Source: Candidatus Saccharimonadia bacterium
GTDB taxonomy: Bacteria; Patescibacteriota; Saccharimonadia; UBA4664; JBBRNT01
Assembly (NCBI GenBank): GCA_038230095.1
Contig: JBBRNT010000001.1
Coordinates: forward strand, 112,848-176,847
DNA: 64,000 bases
Reading direction: 5' to 3'
The stretch's first letter is position 1. Every line of letters begins with the position of its first letter. A program made the translations under genes and the position numbers. Below, piece after piece: positions 25,506 through 35,570 of the stretch. Under the pieces are notes generated by a model. That model searched no databases. It saw only the letters and a list, made by a program, of their open reading frames with translations, and was not told the origin of the DNA.

Positions 25506-27650
25506 ATGAATCCAGAACAACCAACTAACACACCCGCACCAAGCCCACGACCGGCAGGAGGTGACGACTTATTCCCTGGCGGTATACCCAACGTACCAAG
25601 CCGTTCGGCACGACCGCAACGCTCTAATTCCGGGCGTGGCGGCCAGAGCCCACGCCCCGGTAGCCAGCCACAGGGCATGACAAACCGACCGAACGCCCCG
25701 CGTCCCGTAGGCGCCGACGGACTACCAATTGCTCCTGGAACTGGCGGCCAGAGCCCACGCCCAGCCGGCCAAGGCCAGGGCCAAGGTGGTGGCCAGCGTC
25801 CTGGCGGGCGTGGTACCAACTCCACACCCAAAGGCACACGCTTCCGCAATGGTCAGCGTAGTAAGCCACTGCCAACTGGTAAGGAAATTCCAGTTAACAA
25901 GACATTGTTTAACGGTGCCGGCGGTGCGCAACAGACCCAGATAAAGGAGCGCGACGCCAACACCTTTACCAAGGTACCAAAGCTGAAGGTAATTCCACTG
26001 GGTGGCTTGGGTGAGATTGGTAAGAACATGATGGCCGTGGAGTACGAGAACGACATTGTGATCATCGATATGGGCTTTGCCTTCCCGGACGAGTCCCAGC
26101 CCGGCATTGACTACATTATTCCAGATACAACCTATCTGGATAAGAACAAGCATAAGATCCGCGGCATTATCATTACCCACGGCCACATGGACCACATTGG
26201 TGCTGCCGGCTACATGATCCCCAAGTATCCTGTGCCCATCTATGGCTCCAAGCTGAGCCTAGCCTTTGTTGAAAAGCAGATTGGCGAGTTTAAGATACAC
26301 CAGCCCAAGTGGATTGTCCTAGACCCCGACAAGCACGAGCGCGTGCAGCTTGGCGTGTTCAATATTGAGCTGGTTCGCGTTACCCATACCATATCCGACT
26401 CCACGGCAGTGGTACTGCGTACGCCTATTGGAACTCTAATTAACACCGGTGACTGGCGTCACGACACCCAGCCGCTGGACAACAAGCCCATGGACTTCCC
26501 TCGACTCGAAGAGATTGGTAAGGAAGGCGTACTCTTGCTCATGAGCGACAGTACTAGCTGTGACCGGGCTGGCCACAACCCCTACGAGCGCGATCTGACA
26601 GCCTCGATTGACGATCTGTTCAGCCGAGCCCAGGCTCGCATCATTATCTCGGCATTCTCCAGCTCTATCACCCGCGTGCAGCTCATTATTGATGCCGCCG
26701 CCAAGGCTAATCGTAAGCTAGCCCTCGTAGGCCGCTCCACGCTGGCCAATGTAGAGCTGTGTGTGAAGCTCGGCTACATTAAGATTCCACCTGGCCTGCT
26801 AATGCGCGTGCAGGACATTACCCGCCAGCCCGATGAGCAGATTGTGATCCTGAGCACCGGCTCTCAGGGCGAGGAGAACTCAGCACTGGTGCGCATGTCC
26901 ACTGGCGACCACCAACAGGTCAAAATTAAGCCTGGCGATACCATCATCTTCAGCTCCAGTGTAATTCCCGGTAATGAGATTTCCGTGGTACGCCTCATCG
27001 ATAACCTGATGCGTGAGGGTGCCAATGTCTTTGCAGGCTCAACCCAGGGCATTAAGCACCACGGCCCAGTGCACGTGGGCGGTCACGCCTGGCGCGAGGA
27101 CGTCGGCGAGCTTGTAGCTTTGGTAAAGCCCAAGTACTACATGCCGATCCACGGAGAGTTCCACCACCTGGTTTACAGCGCCGAAGTGGCGGTAGAGAAC
27201 GGTGTAGCTCCTGCCAATACGTTTGTCCTAGACAATGGTGATGTGCTAGAGATAACCCCCAATGGTGCCAAGCGCGGCGAGCGCGTGCCCAGCGGCGTAG
27301 TGCTGATCGACGGCTCTGGAGTGGGTGACGTAGAGCAAGTGGTTCTACGCGATCGTCTCACCATGTCTGGTGACGGCATATTCATGATCCTAGCCACAGT
27401 GGACCGCAAGACCGGTAAGCTGCTTACCAGCCCAGACATTATCTCCCGTGGGTTCATCTACATGAAGGACAACGAGGAGCTGATCGGCCGCGCTCGGGCC
27501 GAGATTCGAAAGGCCTTTGAGAACCGTAGTGTACGCGAGCCCGATGACTGGGTGAAGTTCAAGCTACGCCTGCGCGACGACATTGGTGACTTGCTCTACA
27601 AGCGCACCAAGCGCAATCCGATGATTATTCCGGTAATAAACGAAGTATAG
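25506..27650 (+). CDS. rnj: Ribonuclease J with long disordered N-terminal extension
   Basis: PLGGLGEIGKNM, THGHMDHIG, TGSQGE, HVGGHA, PIHGEFHH, KRNPMIIPV. Confidence 0.95.
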   Translation: MNPEQPTNTPAPSPRPAGGDDLFPGGIPNVPSRSARPQRSNSGRGGQSPRPGSQPQGMTNRPNAPRPVGADGLPIAPGTGGQSPRPAGQGQGQGGGQRPGGRGTNSTPKGTRFRNGQRSKPLPTGKEIPVNKTLFNGAGGAQQTQIKERDANTFTKVPKLKVIPLGGLGEIGKNMMAVEYENDIVIIDMGFAFPDESQPGIDYIIPDTTYLDKNKHKIRGIIITHGHMDHIGAAGYMIPKYPVPIYGSKLSLAFVEKQIGEFKIHQPKWIVLDPDKHERVQLGVFNIELVRVTHTISDSTAVVLRTPIGTLINTGDWRHDTQPLDNKPMDFPRLEEIGKEGVLLLMSDSTSCDRAGHNPYERDLTASIDDLFSRAQARIIISAFSSSITRVQLIIDAAAKANRKLALVGRSTLANVELCVKLGYIKIPPGLLMRVQDITRQPDEQIVILSTGSQGEENSALVRMSTGDHQQVKIKPGDTIIFSSSVIPGNEISVVRLIDNLMREGANVFAGSTQGIKHHGPVHVGGHAWREDVGELVALVKPKYYMPIHGEFHHLVYSAEVAVENGVAPANTFVLDNGDVLEITPNGAKRGERVPSGVVLIDGSGVGDVEQVVLRDRLTMSGDGIFMILATVDRKTGKLLTSPDIISRGFIYMKDNEELIGRARAEIRKAFENRSVREPDDWVKFKLRLRDDIGDLLYKRTKRNPMIIPVINEV

Positions 27651-27663
27651 TCTGACGTATTAG

Positions 27664-27687
27664 AAGAGGCCCGTAAGGGCCTTTTTT
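27664..27687 (+). terminator. Terminator after rnj
   Basis: AAGAGGCCC-GTAA-GGGCCTTTTTT. Confidence 0.85.
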
Positions 27688-27688
27688 A

Positions 27689-28960
27689 ATGTCTGGCACT
27701 ACTGGTAAGATAGCAACGATCATGCACTCATATGTAGATAAATATTGGACTGGTTTCTCGCCGCGTCTGCGGAAAATGGTGCTGTACTATGCCTCAGCTG
27801 GGCTGGTCTTTTGGTATGCCGTAGAGAAGCTCTTTCTTACAACCCAGCTCCATTTGAATCCTGTACAGCTGGTTATATTAATCAATGTAGCGTACATAGC
27901 CCACTTCATCATTGATATACCATCAAGCGTACTGGCCGACCGCTGGAGCCGGAACAAGACTCTGGCACTCAGTCTGGTATCTGCTTGGATTGCCGCGCTA
28001 ATAGGCGGCCTTGCCAACGGTTTCTGGATGTATGTATTTGTAGCTATCTTCTGGGCGGGGGCAAGTGCTCTCCATGGTGGTGTAGCCGATGCCCTGGTTT
28101 ACGATATATGCAAAGATGAAGGGAGCGACGAGACCTATGCAGTGACAGGCAATCGCATGAACAATGTGTTTATCGCAGCTATTGCCTCCGCTCTAATCCT
28201 AGGGGGCATCATTGCCCATTTCGGTGGTCTTCGGGCGCCGTATCTGGCAACGCTCATCTTCTTCCTGCCGAGTGCCTGGCAAATGTGGACGCTGAAAGAG
28301 CCTAGCTTCCATCGTAAGGACCAGCATGACTCAAGCCGCGGGCATATTATGGAGTCATTGCGTACGTTCAAACGTAGCCCCCAGCTCCTGTTCGTTGCAG
28401 TGATGATGGTGATTAACAACGGTGTGATTGCCATACCCCTTTATGAGTTCTCGCAATTGGTTTTTGCCAATGCAGGGCTTGCGCTCATTGGTATTGGCAT
28501 TGCGACGGCTACGACAAACACCATCCTGACGCTACTGATGACTGGTGTAACGATCCGTCTCCAGACCCGAGCGGGGTGGCTTTTCCCAATCTGGTTCGTG
28601 GTGACGGCGCTAGCACTATTTGCAGTTCGGTTTATTGGGCATTGGCCGCTTCTGGTGGCGCTCTACGGCGTGGGCGTGGCGGCTCAGGCTATGACCAGCC
28701 GCTGGCTTGCCATTGGCTTGCAACAGAACGTGGCTAGTAGTGAGCGTGCGGCTACTAGCTCGGTTGTGGGGACGGGGTCCAATGTAGCGTGGTTAGCTAT
28801 AAGCCCGCTTGTTGCCATTGCCTTGTTCCGGTTCGGGCCGGTGGGTGGCTCACAGGTATCGGCAGCATTTGCGCTGGTGGCTGCCGTCCTAGCTGCAGCT
28901 ACTTGGCTTTACTTCCGCAGTAGGTTTACTGGCCTGTTTCATAAGTCGGAGGCCCTATGA
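27689..28960 (+). CDS. MFS transporter
   Basis: ~12 TM segments, motif A-like S.LADRWSR, ERAATSS. Start may be slightly downstream. Confidence 0.85.
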   Translation: MSGTTGKIATIMHSYVDKYWTGFSPRLRKMVLYYASAGLVFWYAVEKLFLTTQLHLNPVQLVILINVAYIAHFIIDIPSSVLADRWSRNKTLALSLVSAWIAALIGGLANGFWMYVFVAIFWAGASALHGGVADALVYDICKDEGSDETYAVTGNRMNNVFIAAIASALILGGIIAHFGGLRAPYLATLIFFLPSAWQMWTLKEPSFHRKDQHDSSRGHIMESLRTFKRSPQLLFVAVMMVINNGVIAIPLYEFSQLVFANAGLALIGIGIATATTNTILTLLMTGVTIRLQTRAGWLFPIWFVVTALALFAVRFIGHWPLLVALYGVGVAAQAMTSRWLAIGLQQNVASSERAATSSVVGTGSNVAWLAISPLVAIALFRFGPVGGSQVSAAFALVAAVLAAATWLYFRSRFTGLFHKSEAL

Positions 28961-29220
28961 GCCAGGGTGTTGAACGCTTCTTATCGACTACTGGATTGGT
29001 ACAAATCTGGCCTTCAAAACAGGCAGATAAGCAGCTGGTATGTGAGTACTTGGCAACGAAATTTGATTCTCAACAGATATATAACGAGCAATCTATAAAT
29101 AATGTGCTCAAAGCCTGGCACACGTTTAATGACTGGCCACTGCTGCGCCGGGAGCTGTATGAACGAGGCCTTTTGAGCCGTAATAATGATGGCTCACAAT
29201 ACCAGGTCGTAGGACACTGA
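28957..29220 (+). CDS. DUF2087-like small protein
   Basis: WPSK..K..V..YLA.KF....Y.E..IN..L...H.F.D...LRREL...GLL.R...GS.Y. Confidence 0.75.
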   Translation: MSQGVERFLSTTGLVQIWPSKQADKQLVCEYLATKFDSQQIYNEQSINNVLKAWHTFNDWPLLRRELYERGLLSRNNDGSQYQVVGH

Positions 29221-29278
29221 GGCGCTAGCTGATAGCGCACAGGGATAAAATATTCAGCCCGGGTGGTAAGATGGACGT

Positions 29279-30382
29279 ATGGCACTTCAACCCGACAATC
29301 TGCGAGAACATGTATCACTTGCCCGGTACTCTACAATGCGGCTGGGCGGTGAGGCGCGCTACTTTGCCGAAGTGCGCTACGAAGAAGAACTCAAGAATGC
29401 GGTGGCCTGGGCCAAGGAGCAGAAGCTCCCCATGATTATGCTGGGGGGTGGAAGCAATACGGTTATCACCGATGCTGGATTCGCTGGACTGGTGATTATT
29501 AATCGGATTACCGGCCTGCGTAAGGGTCCGGCTGGCGTAGGGGAGGTACTCGTAACGGCTGGTTCTGGTGAGATTTGGGACGATCTGGTGGCCTATACGG
29601 TTGAGCAGGGCTTGTCGGGGCTAGAGACGCTGTCGCTTGTGCCTGGCACGGTGGGGGCGGCGCCCATGCAGAACATTGGCGCCTACGGCATGGAGATTGA
29701 CCAAGTACTGGAGCACTTGGAGGCGTTGGATCTGCAGACAGACCAAGTGGTGTCGCTCACACCGGTAGAGTGCGGGTTTAGCTACCGCTCTAGCTGGCTG
29801 CAGACCAAGCTGAAAGGGCGGTATTTTATTATGAGCGTCACGTTTCGGCTGCAGGACTTTGCCAAGACGCTAGAGATGGAGCGCAAGATAAAGCCACCGT
29901 ACTATACGGATATTGCCGACTACCTAGCCGAGCACCCGGTCGCAGCCCCGACGCCACAAGTAATACGGGACGCTGTGATTGCCATACGCAAGCGGAAGCT
30001 GCCAGATGTGGCTACTGTGGCAACGAGCGGCTCTTTTTTCGGTAATCCCATACTTGACGCAGCCGCTTTCGAGAAGCTAGTGGCCGAGCACCCTGCCCTC
30101 AATGAGCCGGGTGCCGGCTACACCCAGAAGCCGTATTGGCCTATGCCAGACGGCCGTATTAAGGTGTCGGCCGGCCGACTGATTGAAATGTCTGGCATGC
30201 GCGGCTGGAAAGACGCCGAGACCGGCATGGCTATTAGTGATAAGCAGGCATTGGTCGTTATTAATGAGCATGCCGAGTCGGCGGCTGACCTGTTCCGTTT
30301 TCGACAAAAGATAGTTGATAGGGTCTATGAGCAGTGGGGGATTATACTTGAACAAGAGCCAGAAACCATTGGTGCCGAGTAG
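29279..30382 (+). CDS. murB: UDP-N-acetylenolpyruvoylglucosamine reductase
   Basis: LGGGSN, PGTVGAAP.QNIGAYG, FSYR.S, SGSFF.NP, LEQEP. Confidence 0.95.
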   Translation: MALQPDNLREHVSLARYSTMRLGGEARYFAEVRYEEELKNAVAWAKEQKLPMIMLGGGSNTVITDAGFAGLVIINRITGLRKGPAGVGEVLVTAGSGEIWDDLVAYTVEQGLSGLETLSLVPGTVGAAPMQNIGAYGMEIDQVLEHLEALDLQTDQVVSLTPVECGFSYRSSWLQTKLKGRYFIMSVTFRLQDFAKTLEMERKIKPPYYTDIADYLAEHPVAAPTPQVIRDAVIAIRKRKLPDVATVATSGSFFGNPILDAAAFEKLVAEHPALNEPGAGYTQKPYWPMPDGRIKVSAGRLIEMSGMRGWKDAETGMAISDKQALVVINEHAESAADLFRFRQKIVDRVYEQWGIILEQEPETIGAE

Positions 30383-30433
30383 GCAGATTCCCATCTGGAC
30401 AAAGCAGAGCATAAGGAGTATAATAGGAACATA

Positions 30434-32563
30434 ATGGCTCGTAAAAAAGCAGCAAAAAAACCAAAAAAGACCAAGGATGTCGAAAAGGAGCCCAAGCTTG
30501 CTCGTGGCGTAGGCCAGGAGATTATTGCTATCCTCATTATGATTGTGGCAGTGGTACTGCTCCTCTCGTCGTTTGGTTGGGGTGGTGACTTTGCCAACCA
30601 GACCTTTGCCACTATCCGACTTACCCTGGGACTAGCGGCCTTCTTGGTGCCGTTTATCCTAGCCATATTGGGCTGGATGCTTGTGCGTCCGTCTCGGTAC
30701 GCCGTAAAGGGCAATTTCTACTTTGGCTTCCTTGGCTTCGAGCTGGCATTTGCCGCGCTGCTGGGCGCCCTGACTAACCCCGACATGGCACTAACGCAGG
30801 CTCAAGCTGGCATGGGCGGTGGTATGGGTGGGTTCTTTGTGTCTACGCTATTTCTCCGGTTCGTGAACGTGCCGACGTCCGTTATTATCCTATCTGGTCT
30901 TATGGTGGTGTTCCTGATTGTCGCGGCCAATGCGCGCATTGTAGACATGTGGCACATCCTGACCGGCCGGTTTGCCAAGGCTCCGCTTGAAGAACTGAAG
31001 ATAAACGAGGCCACCGGTGTGGAGGCACAGCCAAGTAACAAGCTCCAGATAAAAGGCACGATTGGACTGGCCAAGGCTCCGGCCAAGCCTAAGACCGAGG
31101 AAGAAGCACTGACAGTGAATCTAGACCCAGAGTGGGAGCCACCGTCAACAAACTTGCTGGAATCTACCAGCACTAAGGCTGACGCCGGCAATGTCAAAGA
31201 AAACGCTGCAATCATTAAGGATACGCTGGAAAGCTTTAATATTAATGTTCAGATGGGCGAGGTTAATGTCGGCCCCACGGTGGCCCAGTACACCTTCTTG
31301 CCACCCTCGGGTGTGAAGCTGAATAAGATTACTGGGCTCGATACTAATCTCGCGCTATCGCTGGCGGCTCACCCTATTCGGATCGAAGCGCCAATTCCAG
31401 GCAAGTCGGCGGTAGGTGTGGAAATACCCAATAAGACAATTGCCACGGTGCGCCTGCGCGACGTATTGATGAGCCCCGAAGTACGGGCGCAGAAGTCGCC
31501 GCTGCAGTTCGTGCTGGGCCGCGATGTCAGTGGTATTTCTATGTCTGCTGACCTGGCCAAGATGCCCCATATGCTCATTGCCGGTGCGACTGGCTCGGGT
31601 AAGTCCGTCATGATTAATGCCGTGCTGACGAGCCTACTCTATCGCAACTCGCCTTCAGACCTGAAGCTGATTCTTGTCGACCCGAAACGAGTAGAGCTGA
31701 GCCTGTATAATGACATTCCCCATTTGCTTACACCCGTCATTGTGGAGCCAGAGAAGTGTATCTCGGCACTGAAGTGGGCTGTGGCTGAGATGGAGCGCCG
31801 ATACAAGCTGCTGGCCGAGGTAGGCAACCGCAATATTATTGAGTACAACAAGGCCCACCCGGAAGAGGCTATGCCCTATATTGTGATAGTCATAGACGAG
31901 ATGGCCGACCTGATGGTGCTGGCTGCCCAAGACGTGGAAGGCCTGATCGTGCGTCTGGCTCAGATGGCGCGTGCCATTGGTATACACCTGGTACTCGCCA
32001 CGCAGCGCCCTTCAGTAGACGTGATTACGGGCCTTATTAAGGCCAATATCCCAGCCCGTCTGGCCTTTAGCGTGGCCTCACAGATTGACTCTCGGACTAT
32101 CCTGGACCAGGCCGGTGCTGAGAAGCTACTGGGTAAGGGTGACATGCTCTTCAGCTCTCCAGAGTACATGAAGCCACGTCGTATACAGGGCGTGTTCATG
32201 AGCGAGAAAGAAGTGAAGTCGGTGACAGACTACCTGCGTAGCGCACGGGCGCCTCAGTACAATGAGGAGATTACCAGCCAACCCGTGAAGATAGGCAAAG
32301 GCGGTGGCGGTGGTATGGACGACTTTGACGGCGCTGATGACGACATGTTTGAGCAAGCTGCCGAGACAGTCATCAGAAGCGGCAAGGCCTCTGCTAGCCT
32401 TCTACAGCGCCGCCTGCGAGTGGGCTATGCTCGGGCCGCCCGTCTCCTAGACCTACTGGAAGAGCGCGGGATAGTGGGGCCACCTGACGGCGCCCGTCCG
32501 CGCGACGTACTAGTAGCTAGCATGAACGATGTTGCCAACGGCGATGTGACGTTCGAGGACTAA
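30434..32563 (+). CDS. ftsK: DNA translocase FtsK/SpoIIIE
   Basis: 4-TM N-terminus, PHMLIAGATGSGKS, IDEMADLM, ATQRPS, gamma domain SLLQRRLRVGYARAAR. Confidence 0.96.
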   Translation: MARKKAAKKPKKTKDVEKEPKLARGVGQEIIAILIMIVAVVLLLSSFGWGGDFANQTFATIRLTLGLAAFLVPFILAILGWMLVRPSRYAVKGNFYFGFLGFELAFAALLGALTNPDMALTQAQAGMGGGMGGFFVSTLFLRFVNVPTSVIILSGLMVVFLIVAANARIVDMWHILTGRFAKAPLEELKINEATGVEAQPSNKLQIKGTIGLAKAPAKPKTEEEALTVNLDPEWEPPSTNLLESTSTKADAGNVKENAAIIKDTLESFNINVQMGEVNVGPTVAQYTFLPPSGVKLNKITGLDTNLALSLAAHPIRIEAPIPGKSAVGVEIPNKTIATVRLRDVLMSPEVRAQKSPLQFVLGRDVSGISMSADLAKMPHMLIAGATGSGKSVMINAVLTSLLYRNSPSDLKLILVDPKRVELSLYNDIPHLLTPVIVEPEKCISALKWAVAEMERRYKLLAEVGNRNIIEYNKAHPEEAMPYIVIVIDEMADLMVLAAQDVEGLIVRLAQMARAIGIHLVLATQRPSVDVITGLIKANIPARLAFSVASQIDSRTILDQAGAEKLLGKGDMLFSSPEYMKPRRIQGVFMSEKEVKSVTDYLRSARAPQYNEEITSQPVKIGKGGGGGMDDFDGADDDMFEQAAETVIRSGKASASLLQRRLRVGYARAARLLDLLEERGIVGPPDGARPRDVLVASMNDVANGDVTFED

Positions 32564-32574
32564 TACCACTGAAT

Positions 32575-32601
32575 AAGACGGCCCCGTAAGGGGTCGTTTT
32601 T
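32575..32601 (+). terminator. Terminator after ftsK
   Basis: AAGACGGCCCC-GTAA-GGGGTCGTTTTT. Confidence 0.8.
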
Positions 32602-32651
32602 GGTGCAGACTACTGACTGCTCGATCCGAGTAAATCCTGTACACTAGGAGT

Positions 32652-33650
32652 ATGAAAGAGAAGCCAGTACAGCTTGCACCGCTTATTCCGCATGTGGCCG
32701 ACCTGCGAGTGGGAGCAATGCTGCGTAAGCAGCGGCAAGTGCTTAAGATTACGCTGGCCGACGTGGAGATAGCAACCAAGATCCGGGGTAAATACCTGGT
32801 GAGTCTAGAGGCCTGTGACTACGGTAGCCTGCCAGATGACATATATACCAAGGGCTTTGTGCAGAGCTACGCGGACTTCCTGGGGCTTGAGGGCAGGCTG
32901 GTGGCCAAGCAGTACCAAAGCGAGCGTGGTTCGGTAAAGACTAAGCGCGCGGTGGCGGCCAAGAAGCCGGTACAGAGGAAGGCACGTGGTTTCTACATTA
33001 CGCCGCGGCTGTTTATAGTGGCGGGCTCGGTGCTGGTGGCGGCGGGTATTATTGCCTACCTATCTTGGCAGTTCCAGGGGCTATCTGCCCCGCCCCGGCT
33101 GGCTGTAGACAGCCCCGGCGATAACCAAGTGATAGACGGCGGTCTCACAACCATTAGTGGAAGCGTGGCGGGTGGGTCCAATGTGTTTGTGAATGACTCG
33201 CCCGTGCTACTAGATGCACGCGGGCACTTCAGCGATCAGCTGGCTCTGCAGGACGGCGTGAATACTGTGCGGGTGACGGCTACCAACCGCCTTGGTCGCG
33301 AGGCAATCGTCACACGTAATGTGCTAGCGAGAGTGGCCAAGATGGCTAACGGCACGGCAGACAGCCCGCAGCTTATCCCTGGCGTACGGGTAATAGTGAC
33401 TGCCAAGGGTGGCACAGCCAGTATTACGATCGCCATTGATGGCCAGGGCAAGCCGCGCGTGACCATGCTGGACGGTACCTCGCAGACATTTGAGGGCACT
33501 GATCGTATTACCATCTCCACCACGAATGCGGGGGTGACAAACCTGACTGTGACCAATAGTGTGGCCGCGGGTAAGACTATTAGTCCGGTGGGACATGACG
33601 GCGAGGCTAAGAATGATCTGGAGTTTACCAAGGACACAGTGATCCCATAG
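32652..33650 (+). CDS. rodZ: RodZ-like protein (HTH, TM, Ig-like domains)
   Basis: G..LR..R....TL..V...TKIR..YL..LE...Y..LP...Y.KGFV..YA.FLGL, single TM, beta-rich C-terminus. Confidence 0.8.
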   Translation: MKEKPVQLAPLIPHVADLRVGAMLRKQRQVLKITLADVEIATKIRGKYLVSLEACDYGSLPDDIYTKGFVQSYADFLGLEGRLVAKQYQSERGSVKTKRAVAAKKPVQRKARGFYITPRLFIVAGSVLVAAGIIAYLSWQFQGLSAPPRLAVDSPGDNQVIDGGLTTISGSVAGGSNVFVNDSPVLLDARGHFSDQLALQDGVNTVRVTATNRLGREAIVTRNVLARVAKMANGTADSPQLIPGVRVIVTAKGGTASITIAIDGQGKPRVTMLDGTSQTFEGTDRITISTTNAGVTNLTVTNSVAAGKTISPVGHDGEAKNDLEFTKDTVIP

Positions 33651-33693
33651 CTGGGAGCGTGCTACAATTACGCATAGATAAGGAGAAATACCG

Positions 33694-34191
33694 ATGGCCA
33701 AAGACTCTTCGTTTGATGTGGTGAGCGACTACGACGCCGCCGAGATGGCCAATGCCGTCGACCAAGCCCAGCGTGAGCTGGCAACCCGATATGACTTCCG
33801 CGGGACGACAGCGGGTATAGAATTTGCGGAGGGCAAGACTGGGCTGGCAATTACTGGCGATTCACAGGTGCAGCTAGATGCAATTATAGACGTAATCCAG
33901 TCCAAGCTACTCAAGCGCAATGTCTCGCTTAAGGTACTAGACACGTCGACAGAACCGGTCCAGGGTGGCAAGGAAATGCGTTGGGCGGTAGCATTCAAGA
34001 AGGGATTGGACCAGGACAAGGCCAAGTCTGTGACCAAGTCTATCCGCGACCACTACCCGAAGGTAAAAGCAAACATCCAGGGAGATGAAGTGCGCGTGAC
34101 TAGTCCAAGCCGGGATGACCTGCAGGGCGTCATGGCAATGCTGAAGACGCAGGAGTTCGACTTCCCGCTACAGTTTACGAACTATCGCTAG
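33694..34191 (+). CDS. yajQ: YajQ-family nucleotide-binding protein
   Basis: SFDVVS..D..E..NAVDQ, RYDF.G, IQGDEVRV, PLQFTNYR. Confidence 0.95.
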   Translation: MAKDSSFDVVSDYDAAEMANAVDQAQRELATRYDFRGTTAGIEFAEGKTGLAITGDSQVQLDAIIDVIQSKLLKRNVSLKVLDTSTEPVQGGKEMRWAVAFKKGLDQDKAKSVTKSIRDHYPKVKANIQGDEVRVTSPSRDDLQGVMAMLKTQEFDFPLQFTNYR

Positions 34192-34333
34192 GCTGCTTAC
34201 GCTTTCGGGCCCTTTTAATTACCTGGACAATAATCCAGGTAATAATAGCGGGCCAGAGAATGAAGGCAATGACAATGAGGAGCTGGACAATGTCGCGCTG
34301 GGCTGGAGTCCAGGTAGTGGGGAATAGGTTCAT
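34175..34333 (-). CDS. Small single-pass membrane protein (52 aa, below ORF-track cutoff)
   Basis: MNLFPTTWTPAQRDIVQLLIVIAFILWPAIITWIIVQVIKRARKRKQPSDSS; TGC-TACACT 6 nt before the ATG. Confidence 0.65.
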   Translation of the reverse strand: MNLFPTTWTPAQRDIVQLLIVIAFILWPAIITWIIVQVIKRARKRKQPSDSS

Positions 34334-34377
34334 GGGCGTAGTGTAGCACGGCTGTTTCCAGATGTATAAACAGAGGC

Positions 34378-34407
34378 TTGACAGTACGGTTTATGTTCGG
34401 TTATGAT
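34378..34407 (+). promoter_or_regulatory. recA promoter
   Basis: TTGACA-18 nt-TATGAT. Confidence 0.7.
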
Positions 34408-34466
34408 GCATACATCAATACATTGGCCTGGTAACAGCCTGGCCACAAGATAAGGAGCGCGCTACA

Positions 34467-35561
34467 ATGGCTACAGCACTACAGGAGAAAACAATGCCTC
34501 AGGAATCGGAATCATCAACTCCCGTCCGTAAGATTGGTACTCATGAGGCCGCCGTTCGGCCGCCTATGTCCGACGCCGATAAAGCCGGACGGTTGCAGGC
34601 CGTCGACCTAGCTATATCGCAAATTGAGAAGCAGTTTGGTAAGGGCTCTATCATGAAGCTCGGCGAGGGCAGCAAGATAGAGGTAGAGACTATTCCTACC
34701 GGTAGCTTGAGCCTAGACCTAGCCCTCGGCGGCGGTATCCCACGCGGCCGTATCATTGAGATCTATGGCCCGGAGTCCAGCGGTAAGACTACGCTTGCCC
34801 TACACACTGTGGCTGAGGTACAGCGCAGTGGTGGCTTAGCGGCCTTTATTGACGCAGAGCATGCCCTAGACCCAGAGTATGCTGCGCGTATTGGAGTAAA
34901 CCTAGATGACCTCCTCATCTCACAGCCAGACACCGGTGAGCAAGCGCTCGAGATCACTGAGACGCTAGTTCGCTCTAACGCGGTAGACATTGTAGTCATC
35001 GACTCTGTGGCCGCTCTCGTGCCGCGGGCTGAGATTGAGGGCGACATGGGCGACTCACTTCCTGGTTTGCAGGCTCGTCTCATGAGCCAGGCACTACGCA
35101 AGCTGACTGGTGTGATCAGCAAAAGCAAGACTACGGTGGTATTCATTAACCAGCTCCGCATGAAGATTGGTGTTATGTTTGGTAACCCGGAGACCACTGC
35201 AGGTGGCCAGGCACTGAAGTACTATGCTTCGGTCCGTCTAGACATACGACGCACTGAGACTATTAAGGACGGCGAGACACCATTGGGCAACCACGTGAAG
35301 GTAAAAGTGGTCAAGAATAAGGTAGCGGCACCATTCAAGCTAGCCGAGTTCGACATTATGTTTAACGAAGGTATTTCCACTGCTGGTGATCTCATTGATC
35401 TAGCTGTGAAGTACGGCGAAGTGGGTAAGGCAGGAGCCTGGTACGAGTACAAGGGCGAGAAGATTGGTCAGGGACGTGAAGCCGCCAAGCAATACCTGAA
35501 GGATCACCCTAAGGTTATGAAGGACCTGGACGCTGCCATCCGCAAGGCTGCATCCGTCTAG
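34467..35561 (+). CDS. recA: Recombinase RecA
   Basis: [51 protein letters not shown]. Confidence 0.98.
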   Translation: MATALQEKTMPQESESSTPVRKIGTHEAAVRPPMSDADKAGRLQAVDLAISQIEKQFGKGSIMKLGEGSKIEVETIPTGSLSLDLALGGGIPRGRIIEIYGPESSGKTTLALHTVAEVQRSGGLAAFIDAEHALDPEYAARIGVNLDDLLISQPDTGEQALEITETLVRSNAVDIVVIDSVAALVPRAEIEGDMGDSLPGLQARLMSQALRKLTGVISKSKTTVVFINQLRMKIGVMFGNPETTAGGQALKYYASVRLDIRRTETIKDGETPLGNHVKVKVVKNKVAAPFKLAEFDIMFNEGISTAGDLIDLAVKYGEVGKAGAWYEYKGEKIGQGREAAKQYLKDHPKVMKDLDAAIRKAASV

Positions 35562-35570
35562 TCTCTACGC

